A program made the position numbers and the translations under genes. The notes beneath the pieces are model-generated. The model did no database searches. It saw only the letters and a program-made list of their open reading frames with translations, and had not been told where the DNA came from. From NCBI GenBank assembly GCA_035708905.1, contig DASTFE010000225.1, forward strand, positions 1 to 46,977: a DNA stretch of 46,977 bases, given 5' to 3'. The stretch's first letter is position 1. Every line of letters begins with the position of its first letter. Source of the stretch: Acidimicrobiales bacterium (GTDB taxonomy: Bacteria; Actinomycetota; Acidimicrobiia; Acidimicrobiales; VFJN01). Positions 8,547 through 17,335 of the stretch are shown piece by piece.

Positions 8547-9710
8547 GTGCGCGCCCTGTTCGCCTCGACCGCCGGCACCGGACACCTGGGCCCGTTGGTG
8601 CCGTTCGCCTCGGCCTGCGCGGCGAGCGGCCACGAGGTCGCCGTGGCAGCGCCCGCCTCGTTCGCCGATGCCGTCGGACGCGCGGGGTTCGTCCACCTGG
8701 CCGTCGCCGACCCGCCCGAGGACGAGCTGAGCCGCCTCTTCGCCGCCCTGCCCGGGCTGGCACTGGAGGAGGCCAACGAGGTGGTGATCCGTGACGTCTT
8801 CGCCGGTGCGGACGCCCGCGCCGCGCTCGCGGGCCTGCACGAGATCGTCCGCACCTGGCGGCCCGACGTCGTCGTGCGCGAAACCGCCGAGTTCGCCTCG
8901 TACGTCGTCGCCGAGCACCACGGGGTCCCCCATGTGCAGGTCGCCATCGGACCCGCCGGCCTCGACGCCTTCGGGCTCCCCCGCGTCGACGGCCCACTGC
9001 GCGCGCTGGGGGCGGCGCGGGGCGCGGACGGGTTGCGCGACGCGCCGGTGCTGACGCTGGTCCCCGAGGTCCTGGACGAGCAGCGCGCCGGTGCCGGCCC
9101 GGTTCACCGGTTCCGCTACGAGCCCGCACCGGCAGGCGGGGCCGGGCGTCTGCCCTCGTGGGGCGACCCGGATTCTCCTCTCGTCTACGCCACGTTCGGC
9201 ACGGTGGCCGCGGGCCTCGGCCTGTTCCCCGACCTCTATCGGGATGCGATCGACGCCCTCGCCGACCTGCCCGTCCGCGTGCTCCTGACCATCGGCGACG
9301 CGGGCGACGCCGACGGCCTGGGGCCCCTGCCCGGCAACGTCCGCGTCGAGCGGTTCCGGCCGCAGTCCGAGGTGATGCCGGCCGCGGCGGCCATGATCGG
9401 CCACGGCGGGTTCGGCACCACGATGACCGGCCTCGCCCACGGTGTTCCCATGGTCGTCGTGCCCCTGTTCGCGATCGACCAGCACCTCAACGCGGCGGCG
9501 GTCGACCAGGTCGGCGCCGGCGTGGTGCTCGACGGCGGGCCGGCGGCGGCGCGGGCGCTCGCGGGGGCCGTCACGGCTGTGCTCGGCGAACCGTCGTTCC
9601 GGGCGCGGGCCCGGACCGTCGCCGGCGAGATCGCGTCGCTGCCCGCGGCGGCGAGCGGGGTGGCCGTGCTCGAGGACATCGCCGCCACCGGCCCGGCGCA
9701 GCCGCGCTAG
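8547..9710 (+). CDS. GT1-family (UDP-glycosyltransferase / MGT-like) glycosyltransferase
   Basis: 387 aa, GTG start. The N-terminus (FASTAGTGHLGPLVP) and the C-terminal nucleotide-sugar motif IGHGGFGTTMTGLAHGVPMVVVPLFAIDQHLNA are typical of GT1 GT-B enzymes. Confidence 0.88.
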   Translation: MRALFASTAGTGHLGPLVPFASACAASGHEVAVAAPASFADAVGRAGFVHLAVADPPEDELSRLFAALPGLALEEANEVVIRDVFAGADARAALAGLHEIVRTWRPDVVVRETAEFASYVVAEHHGVPHVQVAIGPAGLDAFGLPRVDGPLRALGAARGADGLRDAPVLTLVPEVLDEQRAGAGPVHRFRYEPAPAGGAGRLPSWGDPDSPLVYATFGTVAAGLGLFPDLYRDAIDALADLPVRVLLTIGDAGDADGLGPLPGNVRVERFRPQSEVMPAAAAMIGHGGFGTTMTGLAHGVPMVVVPLFAIDQHLNAAAVDQVGAGVVLDGGPAAARALAGAVTAVLGEPSFRARARTVAGEIASLPAAASGVAVLEDIAATGPAQPR

Positions 9711-11146
9711 GGGGCGTCGGCGGCCGCCGGCGCCGTCACCGCGGTGGCCTGCATCTCGGCTCGCTCCTGCTCGAGGAGCTGGTTCTCCTCGTAGATGGCG
9801 GTGACGATGGCGCGGGCGTCGTCCTCGAGCGTGCGGCGGGCCCGCAGCAACAGCAGCAGTCCCAGGATCACCGGAGGGAACGTGACGTAGAAGGCGGCGA
9901 CCAGCGATCCGGTGAGCGACGAGATGCCGCCGACCAGCACGGGAGCCAGCGCGGTGCCGAACACCGATGTCGTCAGCGCCATGGCCGAGGCGCCCACACC
10001 CCGCGAGTCGGGCGGCACCACGTCGAGCATCGCCGCCCGCAGCCCCGGCGCCGCGCCGGCGGCGGCGGTCACGCCCACGAACTGCAGCGCCAGGCGCAGC
10101 GCCACCGGCTCGACCGCGAACGAGAGCATGAACAGCAGCGAGCACGCGACCGCCGACCAGACGACGATGACGATGCGACCGCCCATCCAGCGGTGGTGGA
10201 ACCGGTCGGAGAAGGCGCCACCGCCGAGGGTGCCGATGAGCCCCCCGATGCCCAGCAGGCCGCCGGTGACCGCCGTGGCCTGGGTGATGCTCATGGCGGA
10301 GTAGCGCTCGTGGTAGATGGCGAGCCAGGTGCCGATGCCCGACACGGTGAACAGCAGCGCGCCCACGCCGACCAGCACGTAGCGCATGGTGCGGATGCCG
10401 AAGATCATCTTGAGCTGGCTGGCCAGCTCGGTGCCGGCGAGCCGGGCGAACTGGCGGACCGTCAGGCCCTCGGCTCCGCTCGGCCGGTCGACGACCCGGG
10501 GCGGCAGCGCCTCGATCTCGTCCCAGGTCATGGTCTCGGGCAGCTCGGCCTCGCCCCGGCGCGGCTCGCGCAGGCGGAACACCGCCAGCGCGGCCACGGC
10601 GCCGGGCACGCCGACCACGGCGAACGCCCACCGCCAGCCCACCGCCTCGCCCACCCAGCCGCCGAGCGCCAGGCCGATGCCGCCGCCGAGGAAGAAGCTG
10701 ACCTGCTGGAACGAGAACACCCGGCCCCGCATCCGCGACGGGTAGCTGTCGCCCAGGTACGAGGTCGACGCCGGGTCGTCGACGGCCTGGCCGATGCCCA
10801 TGGCGGCCCGGGCCACCAGCAGGTTCGCGTAGTTGACCGCGGTCGCCGACAGCAGGATGAGGCCGCTCCAGCTCAGCAGCGTCCATCCCACCACCCGCGT
10901 GCGCCGGAAGTGGTCGGCCACCCACCCGGCCGGGATGGTGGCCAGCGCGCTGACCAGCACGAACACCGATGACAGCAGGCCCAGCTCGGTGTCGGTGAGC
11001 CCCCACTCGTCCTCGAGGATGGGCAGCACGCCCCGGGCGACCGACACGTCGATCTGGTCGACCAGGCTGACCACCGCCATCACCACGAGCGGCCCCAGCG
11101 GGAAGCGACGGCCCTCGCGTCGGACGTCTGCGCGCTCGGTCGCCAT
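9707..11146 (-). CDS. MFS transporter
   Basis: 479 aa, about 12 hydrophobic segments. MFS loop motif GWVADHFRRTRV between TM2 and TM3. SD GGGGGTGAG before the ATG. Its stop overlaps the GT1 stop by 4 nt (CTAG). Confidence 0.88.
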   Translation of the reverse strand: MATERADVRREGRRFPLGPLVVMAVVSLVDQIDVSVARGVLPILEDEWGLTDTELGLLSSVFVLVSALATIPAGWVADHFRRTRVVGWTLLSWSGLILLSATAVNYANLLVARAAMGIGQAVDDPASTSYLGDSYPSRMRGRVFSFQQVSFFLGGGIGLALGGWVGEAVGWRWAFAVVGVPGAVAALAVFRLREPRRGEAELPETMTWDEIEALPPRVVDRPSGAEGLTVRQFARLAGTELASQLKMIFGIRTMRYVLVGVGALLFTVSGIGTWLAIYHERYSAMSITQATAVTGGLLGIGGLIGTLGGGAFSDRFHHRWMGGRIVIVVWSAVACSLLFMLSFAVEPVALRLALQFVGVTAAAGAAPGLRAAMLDVVPPDSRGVGASAMALTTSVFGTALAPVLVGGISSLTGSLVAAFYVTFPPVILGLLLLLRARRTLEDDARAIVTAIYEENQLLEQERAEMQATAVTAPAAADAP

Positions 11147-11325
11147 CTCACCCCCGATCGTCGGCGGCCCCCGGGACGGCCGAGACTAGTCGCACCGGCG
11201 CTGCAACAAGCTGTGGCGGCGCGGGCAGGCCGTCACGCCGTCGACCGGCCGCCGGGAACCCCGGGCCGACGCCACCTGAGCCGCCCGAACCGGGCGACGT
11301 CCGGTCGGGGACGGTTCCCTCCGAC

Positions 11326-11339
11326 TAGAACGTGTTCTA
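11326..11339. promoter_or_regulatory. KstR-type operator box
   Basis: TAGAACGTGTTCTA is identical to the core at 8437-8450, and 17 nt (GACTAGAACGTGTTCTA) are shared. It overlaps TACAGT (11338-11343), which sits exactly 6 nt before ATG 11350. Confidence 0.7.
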
Positions 11340-11349
11340 CAGTCGGGGC

Positions 11350-12585
11350 ATGACCGCAGACGGGCCCGACATCCCGAAGATCATCTCGGTCGACGACCAC
11401 GTGGTCGAGCCACCCGACCTGTGGACCGAGCGACTGCCGGCGAAGTACGCGGAGGTCGGGCCCCGTGTGGTCCGCGACCGGGCCAGGTTCAGCTTCACCG
11501 GGGGCGTGTTCAGCTACGAGAAGGGCGTGCCCGACGGCGAGTGGTGCGACTGGTGGCTGTACGACCAGCTCGTCTACCCGTTCCCCAAGCTGTCGGCCGC
11601 GGTCGGCTTCGACGACCTCGACGTCACCCCCACCACCTACGACGACATCCGACCCGGCTGCTGGATCCAGTCCGAGCGGCTGGCCGACATGGACACCAAC
11701 CACGTCGAGGCCTCGATCTGCTTCCCCAACACGCTGCCCCGCTTCTGCGGGCAGACGTTCTACGAGCAGGGCGTCAAGCGCGAGGGCGGCGACCCCGAGC
11801 TCGCGCTGCTGTGCGTCAAGGCCTACAACGACTGGATGATCGACGACTGGTGCGCCGGCGAGGGCGCGGGGCGGCTCATCCCGCTCACCATGATCCCGCT
11901 GTGGGACGCCGAGCTGGCCGCCGCCGAGGTGCGCCGGTGCGCGGACCGCGGCAGCCACGCCGTCGCCTTCTCCGAGAACCCGCACCCCCTGGGGCTGCCG
12001 TCGATCCACTCGGGCCACTGGGATCCCTTCTTCACCGCCTGCCAGGAGACCGAGACGGTGGTGTGCATGCACATCGGCTCGTCGTCGCGCATGCCCGCCA
12101 CCTCACCCGACGCCCCGTTCATCGTGTCGTCGACGCTCACCTTCCAGAACGCCATGGGCTCGATGCTCGACTTCATCTTCTCGGGCACGCTCGAGCGGTT
12201 CCCCACCCTGAGGATCGCCTACTCCGAGGGCCAGGTCGGGTGGATGCCCTACGTGCTCGAGCGGGCCGACAAGCTGTGGGCCGAGCGCAGCGACAACAGC
12301 TTCGGCACGTCGCTGCCCAACCCGCCCACCAGCTACCTGCCCGGGCGGGTGTACGGGTGCATCTTCGACGACGAGACCGGGCTGCGGAACCGCGAGGCCG
12401 TCGGGATGGACCAGATCTGCTTCGAGACCGACTACCCCCACGCGGACTCGACCTTCCCCCACTCGAAGAAGGTGGCGGCCGACATCTGCACCCAGGCCGG
12501 GCTCGACGACGCCGAGACGTACAAGCTGCTGCGGGGCAACGCCATCACCGCCTTCGGGCTCGAGCGGTTCGGCATCACCGAATGA
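11350..12585 (+). CDS. Amidohydrolase-2 family metal-dependent hydrolase
   Basis: MTADGPDIPKIISVDDHVVEPPDLW..., NHVEASICFP, YNDWMIDDW, MHIGSSS, ETDYPHADS (metal ligands of the amidohydrolase TIM barrel). I prefer ATG 11350 to the track start 11332, which lies inside the operator. Confidence 0.88.
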   Translation: MTADGPDIPKIISVDDHVVEPPDLWTERLPAKYAEVGPRVVRDRARFSFTGGVFSYEKGVPDGEWCDWWLYDQLVYPFPKLSAAVGFDDLDVTPTTYDDIRPGCWIQSERLADMDTNHVEASICFPNTLPRFCGQTFYEQGVKREGGDPELALLCVKAYNDWMIDDWCAGEGAGRLIPLTMIPLWDAELAAAEVRRCADRGSHAVAFSENPHPLGLPSIHSGHWDPFFTACQETETVVCMHIGSSSRMPATSPDAPFIVSSTLTFQNAMGSMLDFIFSGTLERFPTLRIAYSEGQVGWMPYVLERADKLWAERSDNSFGTSLPNPPTSYLPGRVYGCIFDDETGLRNREAVGMDQICFETDYPHADSTFPHSKKVAADICTQAGLDDAETYKLLRGNAITAFGLERFGITE

Positions 12586-13370
12586 GCACGACGGAGCGAG
12601 AGCCCGACTGGGACCTGGGCGGCGAGATCGCGCTGGGCAGCGCGCTGTTCACCCTGGTCGACCCCCAGCGCGGCCACGAGGTGGCCTACAACCGCTGGTA
12701 CGAGCGCGACCACTTCTACGCCGGGTGCATGAACGGCCCCTTCTACTTCGCCGGCCGGCGCTGGGTGTGCACCAAGGACCTCAAGGACCTGCGCCTCGGC
12801 AGCGACCAGCCGCTCTTCGGCGACGACCGGGCGGGCTCGTACCTGGCGCTGTACTGGACGCCCAAGGGCCGCTTCCGCGACAACACCGACTGGTCGACCC
12901 GCCAGGTGCACTGGCTGCACGCCAACGGGCGGATGTTCGCCGAGCGCGACCACGTCCACACGCTGCTCTACCTGTACAAGGGTGCCGAGGCCCGGGACGC
13001 CGACGGCGTGCCGCCCGAACTGGCGCTCGACCACCCGTTCCGCGGCCTGGGCGCCGTGATCGTCGAGCCCCGCGACGGCGGCACGCCGCCGCGGCCGGTG
13101 CTGCCACCGGGCTCGCCCGTGGCGCTGGTGCTCAGCTTTCGGGGCGTGCCCCTGCCCCCCGACGCCCCGGTGACCCAGCCCGGCACCGACGGCGCCGAGG
13201 CCCGCGAGCTGCAGCTGTGGTTCGCCGATGCCGAGCCCGAGGGGTGGTGGGCCGCGGTGGGCGACTACGCGGACGCCGTCGTCGAGTCGCGCCAGGGCGT
13301 GGTGCGGTGGGCGTCGCCGTTCGTGCCCACCGTGCCCGGCACCGACCGCTACACCGACCAGCTGTGGTGA
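12582..13370 (+). CDS. Conserved hypothetical protein, translationally coupled to the amidohydrolase
   Basis: ATG 12582 overlaps the amidohydrolase stop (ATGA). 262 aa (MSTTEREPDWDLGG...AYNRWYERDHFYAG...) with coding-like composition. Family not recognised. Confidence 0.65.
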   Translation: MSTTEREPDWDLGGEIALGSALFTLVDPQRGHEVAYNRWYERDHFYAGCMNGPFYFAGRRWVCTKDLKDLRLGSDQPLFGDDRAGSYLALYWTPKGRFRDNTDWSTRQVHWLHANGRMFAERDHVHTLLYLYKGAEARDADGVPPELALDHPFRGLGAVIVEPRDGGTPPRPVLPPGSPVALVLSFRGVPLPPDAPVTQPGTDGAEARELQLWFADAEPEGWWAAVGDYADAVVESRQGVVRWASPFVPTVPGTDRYTDQLW

Positions 13371-13377
13371 GGCTGCC

Positions 13378-13992
13378 TCACCCCGCGACCCAGCACCCGT
13401 CGAGGTGGTCGTCGACCACCCCGGCCGCCTGCATGAGCGCGTAGGCGACCACCGGGCCGACGAAGCGGAAGCCGCGGGCCCGCAGCGCCTTGGCCAGGGC
13501 CTTGGACGACGGCGTCGCGCTGGGGATCTGGGCCAGCGAGGTGAACCGCTCTGCCGGACGCTCGCCCGTGGCCGGGTCGGGCGCGAACGAGAAGAGCAGG
13601 TCGACCAGCGTCTCGTCGTGCTCGTGCAGCGCGACGACCGCCCGGGCGTTGGCGATCGCGGCGTCGATCTTGGCCCGGTTGCGCACGATGCCGGTGTCGG
13701 CCATCAGCCGGGCCACGTCGTCGTCGCCGTACCCCGCCACGACGTGGGGGTCGAAGCCGCCGAACGCCGCCAGGAACGCCGGCCGCTTGCGCAGGATGGT
13801 CGACCACGACAGGCCCGACTGGAAGGCCTCGAGCGTCAGCAGGCCGAACAGCGCGTGCTCGTCGCGCAGGGGCCGGCCCCACTCGTCGTCGTGGTAGGCG
13901 ACGTAGAGCGGGTCGCCCGCCCCCCAGGCGCACCGGGTGCGGCCGTCGTCGCCGGTGATGAGGTCGGGCCGGGTGGTCGTGGTCTCTGCCAT
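13378..13992 (-). CDS. tag: DNA-3-methyladenine glycosylase I
   Basis: 204 aa with RCAWGAGDPLYVAYHDDEWGRP, EAFQSGLSWSTIL, IVRNRAKI and VGPVVAYALMQAAGVVDDH. These are diagnostic Tag motifs. Confidence 0.93.
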   Translation of the reverse strand: MAETTTTRPDLITGDDGRTRCAWGAGDPLYVAYHDDEWGRPLRDEHALFGLLTLEAFQSGLSWSTILRKRPAFLAAFGGFDPHVVAGYGDDDVARLMADTGIVRNRAKIDAAIANARAVVALHEHDETLVDLLFSFAPDPATGERPAERFTSLAQIPSATPSSKALAKALRARGFRFVGPVVAYALMQAAGVVDDHLDGCWVAG

Positions 13993-14032
13993 GCGTGCGA
14001 ATGTACCGAGGGGGTACGACGATCAAGCGCGC

Positions 14033-14923
14033 TCACGTCACCTCGACCTCGCGCACCATGCCCTTGGCGTGGTGGGCCACCCCGTCCGGCGACGGCACCG
14101 CGCACAGCAGCACGTACCGCCCGGGCTCGAGGTCGAGCTGCAGCCGCTGCGAGGCGCCCGGCAGGATCGCCTGCAGCCCGCCCACCGCCCTCGCCGGCGG
14201 CCGGTCGCCGGCCTCGATCGCGTCGATCACGTCGCCGGCCGTGGCGTCGCCCTCGAGCCGGGCCACCAGCAGCTCGTGCGGCTCCGCGGCCGACGAGTTG
14301 CTCACGTCGAGCAGCGCGTGGCCCGGCAGCGAGTCGGGGGCGTCGACGCCGTAGTCGACGAGCGCCACCTCGGCATCCGCCGCCGGCGGGTCCGTCGAGC
14401 CCGGTGTGCCGGAGCCGCCCCCGTCACCGTCGACGTCGAACGCCCGCAGCATGCCGTGCGCGACGTGCGGCGCGCCGTCCGGGCCCTCGACGAAGCAGAT
14501 CAGCACCCATGTGCCCTCGCCGAGGTCGACGACCGCGTCGGCCCGCGACGTCTCGCCCGGGTCGACCAGCCCGGTTCCGCCCTCGAACGTGCCGACCGAG
14601 AGCGCGGCGGGCGGGCCACCCGCGGCCAGCGCCGCCTCGAGGTCGTCGACGGTGGCGCCGTCGTCGAGCCTGAGGAGCTGGGCGTGGTGCGGCTCCTCGC
14701 CGTCGTTCACGAGCGATACCCGGGTGAGGCCCGCCGGCACGCGCTCGGGCACGTCGTACTCGTAGCCGCCGTCGACGCCGGCCGTCACGACGAGGTCGCT
14801 GACGGCGGCGGCGTCCGATCCGCGGCCGCAGCCGGTCAGCATGCCCGCGACGACGAGAGCGACGAGAGCCGCCGCCGCGGCGGCCCGAGCCACCGGGCGA
14901 CGGGTTGCGTGTGTTCGTCCCAT
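14033..14923 (-). CDS. Lipoprotein with two tandem cupredoxin-like repeats
   Basis: Start MGRTHATRRPVARAAAAAALVALVVAGMLTGC gives a signal peptide plus lipobox LTGC. Two homologous halves end ...LICFVEGPDGAPHVAHGM and ...LLCAVPSPDGVAHHAKGM, each preceded by EPHH/EPHE. Confidence 0.75.
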   Translation of the reverse strand: MGRTHATRRPVARAAAAAALVALVVAGMLTGCGRGSDAAAVSDLVVTAGVDGGYEYDVPERVPAGLTRVSLVNDGEEPHHAQLLRLDDGATVDDLEAALAAGGPPAALSVGTFEGGTGLVDPGETSRADAVVDLGEGTWVLICFVEGPDGAPHVAHGMLRAFDVDGDGGGSGTPGSTDPPAADAEVALVDYGVDAPDSLPGHALLDVSNSSAAEPHELLVARLEGDATAGDVIDAIEAGDRPPARAVGGLQAILPGASQRLQLDLEPGRYVLLCAVPSPDGVAHHAKGMVREVEVT

Positions 14924-15057
14924 GGGGCCGCACGATCCCGGGGCAGGGTCACCGGGTGCCATCCCCCGGTTGCGGGTTTCGGTCGGCGGGCGACGCATGG
15001 CAAGCGGCGGCCGAGGCGTTACCCTGCCCTCCCCCAGCGGCACCGGGGAGGTGGCAC

Positions 15058-15795
15058 GTGAGCTCAGCGGACGGCGGCAGTGGCATCGAGGTCGTCGCGT
15101 TCGACGGCGACGACACCCTCTGGCACAGCGAGAGCCACTTCGTCGACGCCCACCAGCGGTTCTGCGAGATGCTGGCCCCCTACGTCGAGGACCCCGGCCT
15201 GATCGACGCCCAGGTCGTCGCCACCGAGCGCAACAACCTGGCGCTGTACGGCTACGGGTCCAAGGCGTTCACCCTGTCGCTCATCGAGACCGCGATCACG
15301 CTCACCGACGGCCGCATCACGAGCCGCGAGATCAGCGACATCCTCGAGCTGGGCAAGCGCCTGCTCGACCACCCGATCGAGCTGCTCGACGGCGTGGTCG
15401 AGGTGGTCGACGAGGTCGCGGCGACCGGGCGACGCCTGATCGTGGTGACCAAGGGCGACCTGTTCCACCAGGAGGCCAAGGTCGCCGGCTCGGGACTCGC
15501 CGACCGCTTCGCCCGGGTCGAGATCGTGTCCGAGAAGGACGTCGCCACCTACCGGCGGGTCATGGCCGCCGCCGGGGTGGTTCCCGAGCGCTTCTTCATG
15601 GTCGGCAACTCGGTGAAGTCCGACGTGCTGCCCGTGATCGAGCTGGGTGGGCACGCCGCCCACCTGCCGTACACCTACACGTGGGAGTTCGAGCACGTGC
15701 CCGGGGCCAACGGCGCCGAGCACGGCTACCACGAGCTCTCGTCGATCCGCGATCTGCCGGCCCTCATCGAGACGATCTCGGCCGACGGTGCCTGA
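15058..15795 (+). CDS. HAD-superfamily hydrolase
   Basis: GTG 15058 is preceded by GGGGAGG. HAD motif I VAFDGDDTLW, motif II VVTKGD, motif IV MVGNSVKSDV. 245 aa. Confidence 0.85.
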   Translation: MSSADGGSGIEVVAFDGDDTLWHSESHFVDAHQRFCEMLAPYVEDPGLIDAQVVATERNNLALYGYGSKAFTLSLIETAITLTDGRITSREISDILELGKRLLDHPIELLDGVVEVVDEVAATGRRLIVVTKGDLFHQEAKVAGSGLADRFARVEIVSEKDVATYRRVMAAAGVVPERFFMVGNSVKSDVLPVIELGGHAAHLPYTYTWEFEHVPGANGAEHGYHELSSIRDLPALIETISADGA

Positions 15796-15907
15796 CCGGG
15801 CCGCTACGATCGTCCCGTCGCCGCCGCATGCCCGACGACCCGGGCAGCGGCATGTCGGGGATGTCGGCGCTCCCCCGGACCGAAGCACACACCGTCCGGA
15901 GGCATCC

Positions 15908-16339
15908 GTGGCCATCACCGAGGATCGACGGCACGAACTGCACGCTCGTCTCATCGAGGTACTGGGACAACAGAGGGCGACGACGCTGATGGAGCTCCTG
16001 CCCCCCGTCGGATGGGCCGATGTCGCCACCAAGCGCGACCTCGACCACCAGACGGTCGTGACCCAGCACGACATCGAGGTCGCCGTCGCCAAGCTCCGCA
16101 CCGAGATGCACGGCGAGTTCGCCGCCGTCCGCAGCGAGGTCGCCGGCTTGCGGTCGGAGGTCGACGGACTGCGCTCGGCGATCGCGGAGCTGCGCAGCGA
16201 GACGCACGGCGCCGTCGCCACCGCCGAGGTGCGCTTCGAGCGAGGCCTGCGCGACCAGAGTCGCACGTTCTTCCTCGGGATGCTCGGGGCGAACGCCTCG
16301 CTTGCCGGCCTTGCGTTCGCCGCCGCTCAGCTCGTCTGA
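15908..16339 (+). CDS. Coiled-coil protein with C-terminal membrane anchor (DUF1640-like)
   Basis: GTG 15908 follows GGAGG. Repetitive heptad-like EVAGLRSEVDGLRSAIAELRSE, and a hydrophobic tail FFLGMLGANASLAGLAFAAAQLV. Confidence 0.65.
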   Translation: MAITEDRRHELHARLIEVLGQQRATTLMELLPPVGWADVATKRDLDHQTVVTQHDIEVAVAKLRTEMHGEFAAVRSEVAGLRSEVDGLRSAIAELRSETHGAVATAEVRFERGLRDQSRTFFLGMLGANASLAGLAFAAAQLV

Positions 16340-16695
16340 CCGGGCCCGTCGATGATGGTGCGGGGCTCGTCGGTCAGCAGGTAGACGCTGTTGTCGAGGT
16401 CGAGCAGGTAGCGCTCGTCGGGGGCGACGATGCGCTGGTAGTCCGGGTCGGCGATCATGGCGTCGAAGTCGGCGATCGTGCGGTACCACTGCAGCGTCAC
16501 GCCGTCGAAGCCCGCGCTGCCGGTCCACCGGCCCGCGTCGCCGGCCATCCGGGGGTGCTGCTCGTAGCGCACCACCCAGTCGCCGATGCGGGGCACCGAC
16601 AGGATCTTGGCGGCGTGCACGTCCCGCCAGTGGGCGTGGAACTGCTCGGCGGTCAGGGCGGGGTTGCGGCGCAGCAGCGCCGTCAGGCGGATCAT
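16327..16695 (-). CDS. EthD-domain protein
   Basis: MIRLTALLRRNPALTAEQFHAHWRDVHA... is a typical EthD N-terminus. SD GGAAGG. 122 aa. The upstream part of the 186-aa track ORF is Arg/Gly junk. Confidence 0.78.
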   Translation of the reverse strand: MIRLTALLRRNPALTAEQFHAHWRDVHAAKILSVPRIGDWVVRYEQHPRMAGDAGRWTGSAGFDGVTLQWYRTIADFDAMIADPDYQRIVAPDERYLLDLDNSVYLLTDEPRTIIDGPGQTS

Positions 16696-16741
16696 CGGCT
16701 GCCTTCCGGCCGGGTGAGCGGACGCACTAGCTTGCCCGGCC

Positions 16742-17335
16742 ATGCCGACCGACGACCAGGGCGGCGGCCCCCCTCGGCCGTCAGCGCCCCGCATCCCGCC
16801 CCTGCCCGAGAGCGAGCGCGACGACCGGGCCCGCGAGCTGCTCGCCCAGGCGGGCGGGGCCGCGGCCGGTGCCACCAACATCTTCACGACGCTGGTGCGT
16901 CACCCCGGCCTGTTCCGCCGGTGGCTGCCCTTCGGCGGCAAGCTGCTCGCCGGCAAGCTGCCGGCCCGCGACCGCGAGTTGCTCATCCTCCGCACGGGAT
17001 GGAACTGCCGGTCCGACTACGAGTGGGCCCAGCACGTGCGCATCGCCCGGGCGGCAGGCCTGTCCGACGACGAGATCGCCCGGGTGCGCCAGGGCCCCGG
17101 CGCCGACGGCTGGTCCGCCCACGACGCGTTGCTGCTGGCCGCCGCCGACGAGCTGCACCGCGACGCCTGCCTCGGCGACGCCACCTGGGCGGCGCTGGCC
17201 GAGCGCTACGACGAGCGGCAGCTCGTCGAGGTGCCGATGCTGGTGGGGCACTACCACCTGGTGGCGTTCACGTTGAACTCGCTGGGCGTCCAGGTCGAGG
17301 ACGACGTGGCGGCCGACGCCGCGGGGACGGCGTGA
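16742..17335 (+). CDS. Carboxymuconolactone decarboxylase (AhpD-like) family protein
   Basis: 197 aa. NIFTTLVRHPGLFRRW...RDRELLILRTGWNCRSDYEWAQHVRIA is typical of the CMD family. Confidence 0.82.
   Translation: MPTDDQGGGPPRPSAPRIPPLPESERDDRARELLAQAGGAAAGATNIFTTLVRHPGLFRRWLPFGGKLLAGKLPARDRELLILRTGWNCRSDYEWAQHVRIARAAGLSDDEIARVRQGPGADGWSAHDALLLAAADELHRDACLGDATWAALAERYDERQLVEVPMLVGHYHLVAFTLNSLGVQVEDDVAADAAGTA

Noticed and set aside
8432-8947. N-terminal extension of the ALDH to 659 aa
   Set aside because: The extension is compositional junk. It would read through the KstR-type palindrome and into the divergent GT1 gene. ALDH homology begins about 10 aa before LVGG.
11181-11200. CGAGACTAGTCGCACCGG upstream of the MFS gene, resembling the left flank of the KstR-type box at 8431-8460 (CGAGACTAG...ACCGG)
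   Set aside because: The AAC-N2-GTT core is missing. Only the 8-bp GACTAGTC palindrome remains. It may be a decayed site but is too short to call.
13366-13382. GGTGAGGC-t-GCCTCACC hairpin spanning both stop codons of convergent genes, as a terminator
   Set aside because: The 1-nt loop is sterically impossible, so the effective stem is only ~6 bp. There is no U-tract. It is not convincing as a terminator.
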